Source of the DNA: Myxococcota bacterium
Lineage (GTDB): Bacteria; Myxococcota_A; Polyangia; Polyangiales; Sandaracinaceae
Reading direction: 5' to 3'
Assembly (NCBI GenBank): GCA_036149055.1
Contig: JAYZQJ010000279.1
Span: forward strand, 32,638-96,637
DNA: 64,000 bases
In this document: one piece after another, positions 63,829-64,000 of the stretch
How the letters are laid out: every line of letters starts with the position of its first letter
Position numbering within the stretch: the first letter of the stretch is position 1
Notes under the pieces: model-generated
The model's input: only the letters and a program-made list of their open reading frames with translations
What the model was told of the DNA's origin: nothing
The model's database searches: none
Program-made: the position numbers and the translations under genes

Positions 63829-64000
63829 CCAGTACCGACGCGACTGCTCGACTCCCAGGCGGCGAGGCGGCATCTCGGTGCCTGGTGCGGAGATCCGACC
63901 GGTAGAAGGGGAGATGGCGCCGGACCGGCGTTTCAGGGCAAGGCGCGACGACGAGTCGATGCCCCGCATCGGCGAGGAGGAGCAACGCCGCCCTGGAGCG

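Noticed and set aside
63300..63985. ORFs over the terminal repeat array, and a CRISPR interpretation
   Set aside because: No codon bias, translations just mirror the DNA repeats, and the variable cores are related to each other and duplicated rather than unique spacers.

Overview
Very GC-rich bacterial chromosome segment. The gene content (FHA-sigma54 activator, MYXO-CTERM-like tail, Cys-rich and DAG-repeat lipoproteins, roadblock-like protein, ccsA-hemA-hemC) suggests Myxococcota, possibly Polyangiales/Sandaracinaceae; this is inference. Core genes recognised: rpsO-pnp-dut, trxA, hemA/hemC, prlC-like M3 peptidase, glmU, rseP, acyl-CoA dehydrogenase/thiolase, LytS/LytTR, an ECF41 sigma factor with a divergent oxidoreductase, and YeeE x2 plus an MBL-rhodanese. 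No rRNA, tRNA, CRISPR or transposase was seen. The most notable feature is a ~2.8 kb integrase-less islet (33156-36075) bounded by an ~85-bp duplication of the prlC 3' end. It carries an uncharacterised all-helical protein preceded by a ~42-bp x 9-10 palindrome-cored tandem array, plus lower-GC Cys-rich cargo. Other oddities: a ~100-bp-unit REP-like array (63300-63830), an RD/RE mixed-charge tail on PNPase, a codon-anomalous Cys loop in an outer-membrane protein, and a palindromic bidirectional ECF41 promoter. All calls come from motif reading by eye; no searches were run.
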